A stretch of DNA of 64,000 nt from Rhodospirillales bacterium (GTDB lineage: Bacteria; Pseudomonadota; Alphaproteobacteria; Acetobacterales; Acetobacteraceae), in the NCBI GenBank assembly GCA_041691815.1, contig JBEPTZ010000005.1, forward strand, positions 1,007 through 65,006. Direction: 5' to 3'. The stretch's first letter is position 1. Every line of letters starts with the position of its first letter. Positions 62,298 to 64,000 of the stretch are shown here, piece after piece. The notes below the pieces were generated by a model, which saw only the letters and a list, made by a program, of their open reading frames with translations, was not told where the DNA came from and made no database searches. The position numbers and the translations under genes are program-made.

Positions 62298-63407
62298 TCA
62301 GTAGACCACCACGCTGCGGATGCTCTCGCCGCGGCGCATCAGGTCGAAGCCCTCGTTGATCCGCTCGAATGGCAGCACATGGGTGATCAGGTCGTCGATG
62401 TTGATGCGGCCTTCCATGTACCAGTCGACGATGCGCGGCACATCGGTGCGGCCGCGGGCGCCGCCGAACGCGGTGCCCATCCAGCTTCGCCCGGTGACCA
62501 GCTGGAACGGGCGGGTGCTGATCTCCTGGCCGGCGCCGGCAACGCCGATGACGATGCTCTTGCCCCAGCCGCGATGCGCGCATTCCAGCGCCTGGCGCAT
62601 CAGCGTGGTGTTGCCGACGCATTCGAAGCTGTAGTCGGCGCCGCCCTTGGTGAGGTTGACCAGATAGGGCACCAGGTCGCCCTCGACCTCCTTCGGGTTG
62701 ACGAAATCGGTCATGCCGAATTTTTCCGCCATGGCGCGGCGGCCGGGATTGATGTCGACGCCGACGATCTGCTCGGCGCCGACCATGCGCAGGCCCTGGA
62801 TCACGTTGAGCCCGATGCCGCCGAGGCCGAACACCACGGCGCGGCAGCCCATCTCGGCGCGGGCGGTGTTGATCACCGCGCCGATGCCGGTGGTGACGCC
62901 GCAGCCGATGTAGCAGACCTTGTCGAACGGCGCGTCGGGGCGGATTTTCGCCAGCGCGATCTCCGGCAGCACGGTGTGGTTGGCGAAGGTGGAGGTGCCC
63001 ATGTAGTGAAAAACCGGCTGGCCGTCGCACGAGAACCGGCTGCTGCCATCCGGCATCACGCCGCGGCCCTGGGTGGCGCGGATCGCCACGCAGAGATTGG
63101 TCTTGCGGCTGAGGCAATATTCGCATTGCCGGCATTCCGGCGTGTACAGCGGGATGACGTGGTCGCCGGGCTTCAGGCTGGTGACGCCGCGGCCGATTTC
63201 CAGCACCACGCCGGCGCCCTCATGGCCGAGGATGGCCGGGAAGATGCCCTCCGGGTCGGCGCCGGACAGGGTGAACTCGTCGGTGTGGCAGATGCCGGTG
63301 GCCTTGATCTCCACCAGCACCTCGCCGTCGCGCGGGCCTTCCAGGTCGACGGTTTCCAGGCTGAGCGGTGCCCCTGCCTTACGGGCGACGGCGGCGCGGG
63401 TTTTCAT
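62298..63407 (-). CDS. adhC: S-(hydroxymethyl)glutathione dehydrogenase / class III alcohol dehydrogenase
   Basis: VEIKATGICHTDEFTLSGADPEGIFPAILGHEGAGVV and VFGLGGIGLNVIQG motifs. 369 aa. Confidence 0.9.
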   Translation of the reverse strand: MKTRAAVARKAGAPLSLETVDLEGPRDGEVLVEIKATGICHTDEFTLSGADPEGIFPAILGHEGAGVVLEIGRGVTSLKPGDHVIPLYTPECRQCEYCLSRKTNLCVAIRATQGRGVMPDGSSRFSCDGQPVFHYMGTSTFANHTVLPEIALAKIRPDAPFDKVCYIGCGVTTGIGAVINTARAEMGCRAVVFGLGGIGLNVIQGLRMVGAEQIVGVDINPGRRAMAEKFGMTDFVNPKEVEGDLVPYLVNLTKGGADYSFECVGNTTLMRQALECAHRGWGKSIVIGVAGAGQEISTRPFQLVTGRSWMGTAFGGARGRTDVPRIVDWYMEGRINIDDLITHVLPFERINEGFDLMRRGESIRSVVVY

Positions 63408-63497
63408 GGTCTGGCTCCTGATTGTTTCGCCAGCATCTGGCTCGCGCGCATGGTGCTTGGGCCAGGCCGGCGGGGCAAGCCGCGTTGTGCCGGGCGG

Positions 63498-63713
63498 TCA
63501 GGCGTGGCCAGAGACTGGCAGCGCGCTCCAGCCGCCGAGGCGGACCACGGCGGCGAGCAGGCGCAACGCCTCGGGGCCGCCGCAATCGGCGATTGTGCCG
63601 TTTTCCATCTCGCCGGCCAGCAGTTCCGCCTGGCCGGCGATGGTCTCGGCGGCCTGCCGCAAGGTCGCCGTGTCCGGCGGATCACCCGCCGGGTTATTGA
63701 AATTGCCGTGCAT
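63498..63713 (-). CDS. hypothetical 71-aa protein (weakly supported)
   Basis: ORF with GC-rich third codon positions, 90 nt upstream of adhC on the same strand. No family recognised and the RBS is weak. Confidence 0.35.
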   Translation of the reverse strand: MHGNFNNPAGDPPDTATLRQAAETIAGQAELLAGEMENGTIADCGGPEALRLLAAVVRLGGWSALPVSGHA

Positions 63714-63821
63714 CGCCGGAGCGTCCCGCTATGGCCATTTTGGCGTGTTCATGCCGCAAAGGGTTCGCGCGGTCCGGGCCGAGGGTAGCGCCGGGTGGTT
63801 AACCGGGGGTTGCCGGGCGGC

Positions 63822-64000
63822 TCAGGCGAAGCTGACCGAGACCGCCGGGCCAAGACCGTCGAACACCACTTCCGCTGTCCCCGGCCCGTCCAGCCAGATC
63901 GGCGGGGTGACGCTGCCCAGCATCACCACCTGGCCGGCGCGCAGGCCGCCGAAGGCGCGGGCGACGCCGGAGCCGGCCAGCCAGGCCAGGGCGGCCATCG
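63822..64000 (-). CDS. C-terminal fragment of a 2-keto-4-pentenoate hydratase / FAH-fold-like protein (5' part outside window)
   Basis: My manual translation of the minus strand gives ...LRAGQVVMLGSVTPPIWLDGPGTAEVVFDGLGPAVSVSFA*. This ORF is not in the ORF track because it is cut by the window edge. Confidence 0.4.
   Translation of the reverse strand, partial: MAALAWLAGSGVARAFGGLRAGQVVMLGSVTPPIWLDGPGTAEVVFDGLGPAVSVSFA

Overview
This is a very GC-rich chromosomal segment. Its gene content and order look alphaproteobacterial, possibly Rhodospirillales or Acetobacteraceae; that is inference from ccrM-rnhB, bolA/J-domain/cobS/cobT and secA-PPIase-argJ-mutT-like synteny, and no search was run. 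Almost the whole window is densely packed housekeeping and metabolic genes. These include mutS (partial), glnD, an HpnN-like MMPL transporter, pobA, an orphan CoxL-like molybdoenzyme subunit and an RND efflux pair. They also include HMG-CoA-lyase-like and CoA-transferase genes, secA, argJ, a GNAT-NUDIX fusion, cobS/cobT, tauD-like, dsbA-like, ggt, ETF-QO, UDG, SLT and moaB. A VOC / D-aminopeptidase / RuBisCO-like protein / cupin cluster follows, then an S8 peptidase, an agmatinase-family gene plus a DUF3445-like gene, cysD/cysNC, panE, an acyl-CoA synthetase, rnhB, ccrM and adhC. I found no rRNA, tRNA, CRISPR array, transposase, integrase or recognisable defence or prophage module. The most unusual signal is non-coding: a family of AT-rich nested-hairpin modules, 9 modules at 6 loci. 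Three loci are 130-146 bp imperfect palindromes, and three modules share an exact 35-nt core. The modules sit exactly on or beside stop codons and in several cases encode the C-terminal residues and stop codon of the adjacent gene. Two inverted modules bracket a 105-aa internally duplicated ORF. Secondary observations are a pobA whose expected start codon is ACG behind a strong Shine-Dalgarno, an RLP-cupin pair resembling the MTA-isoprenoid shunt, an HpnN-like/GH42-like translationally coupled pair, and a few phased short repeats in intergenic regions. All family assignments come from motif recognition by eye in the supplied translations; no database search was possible.
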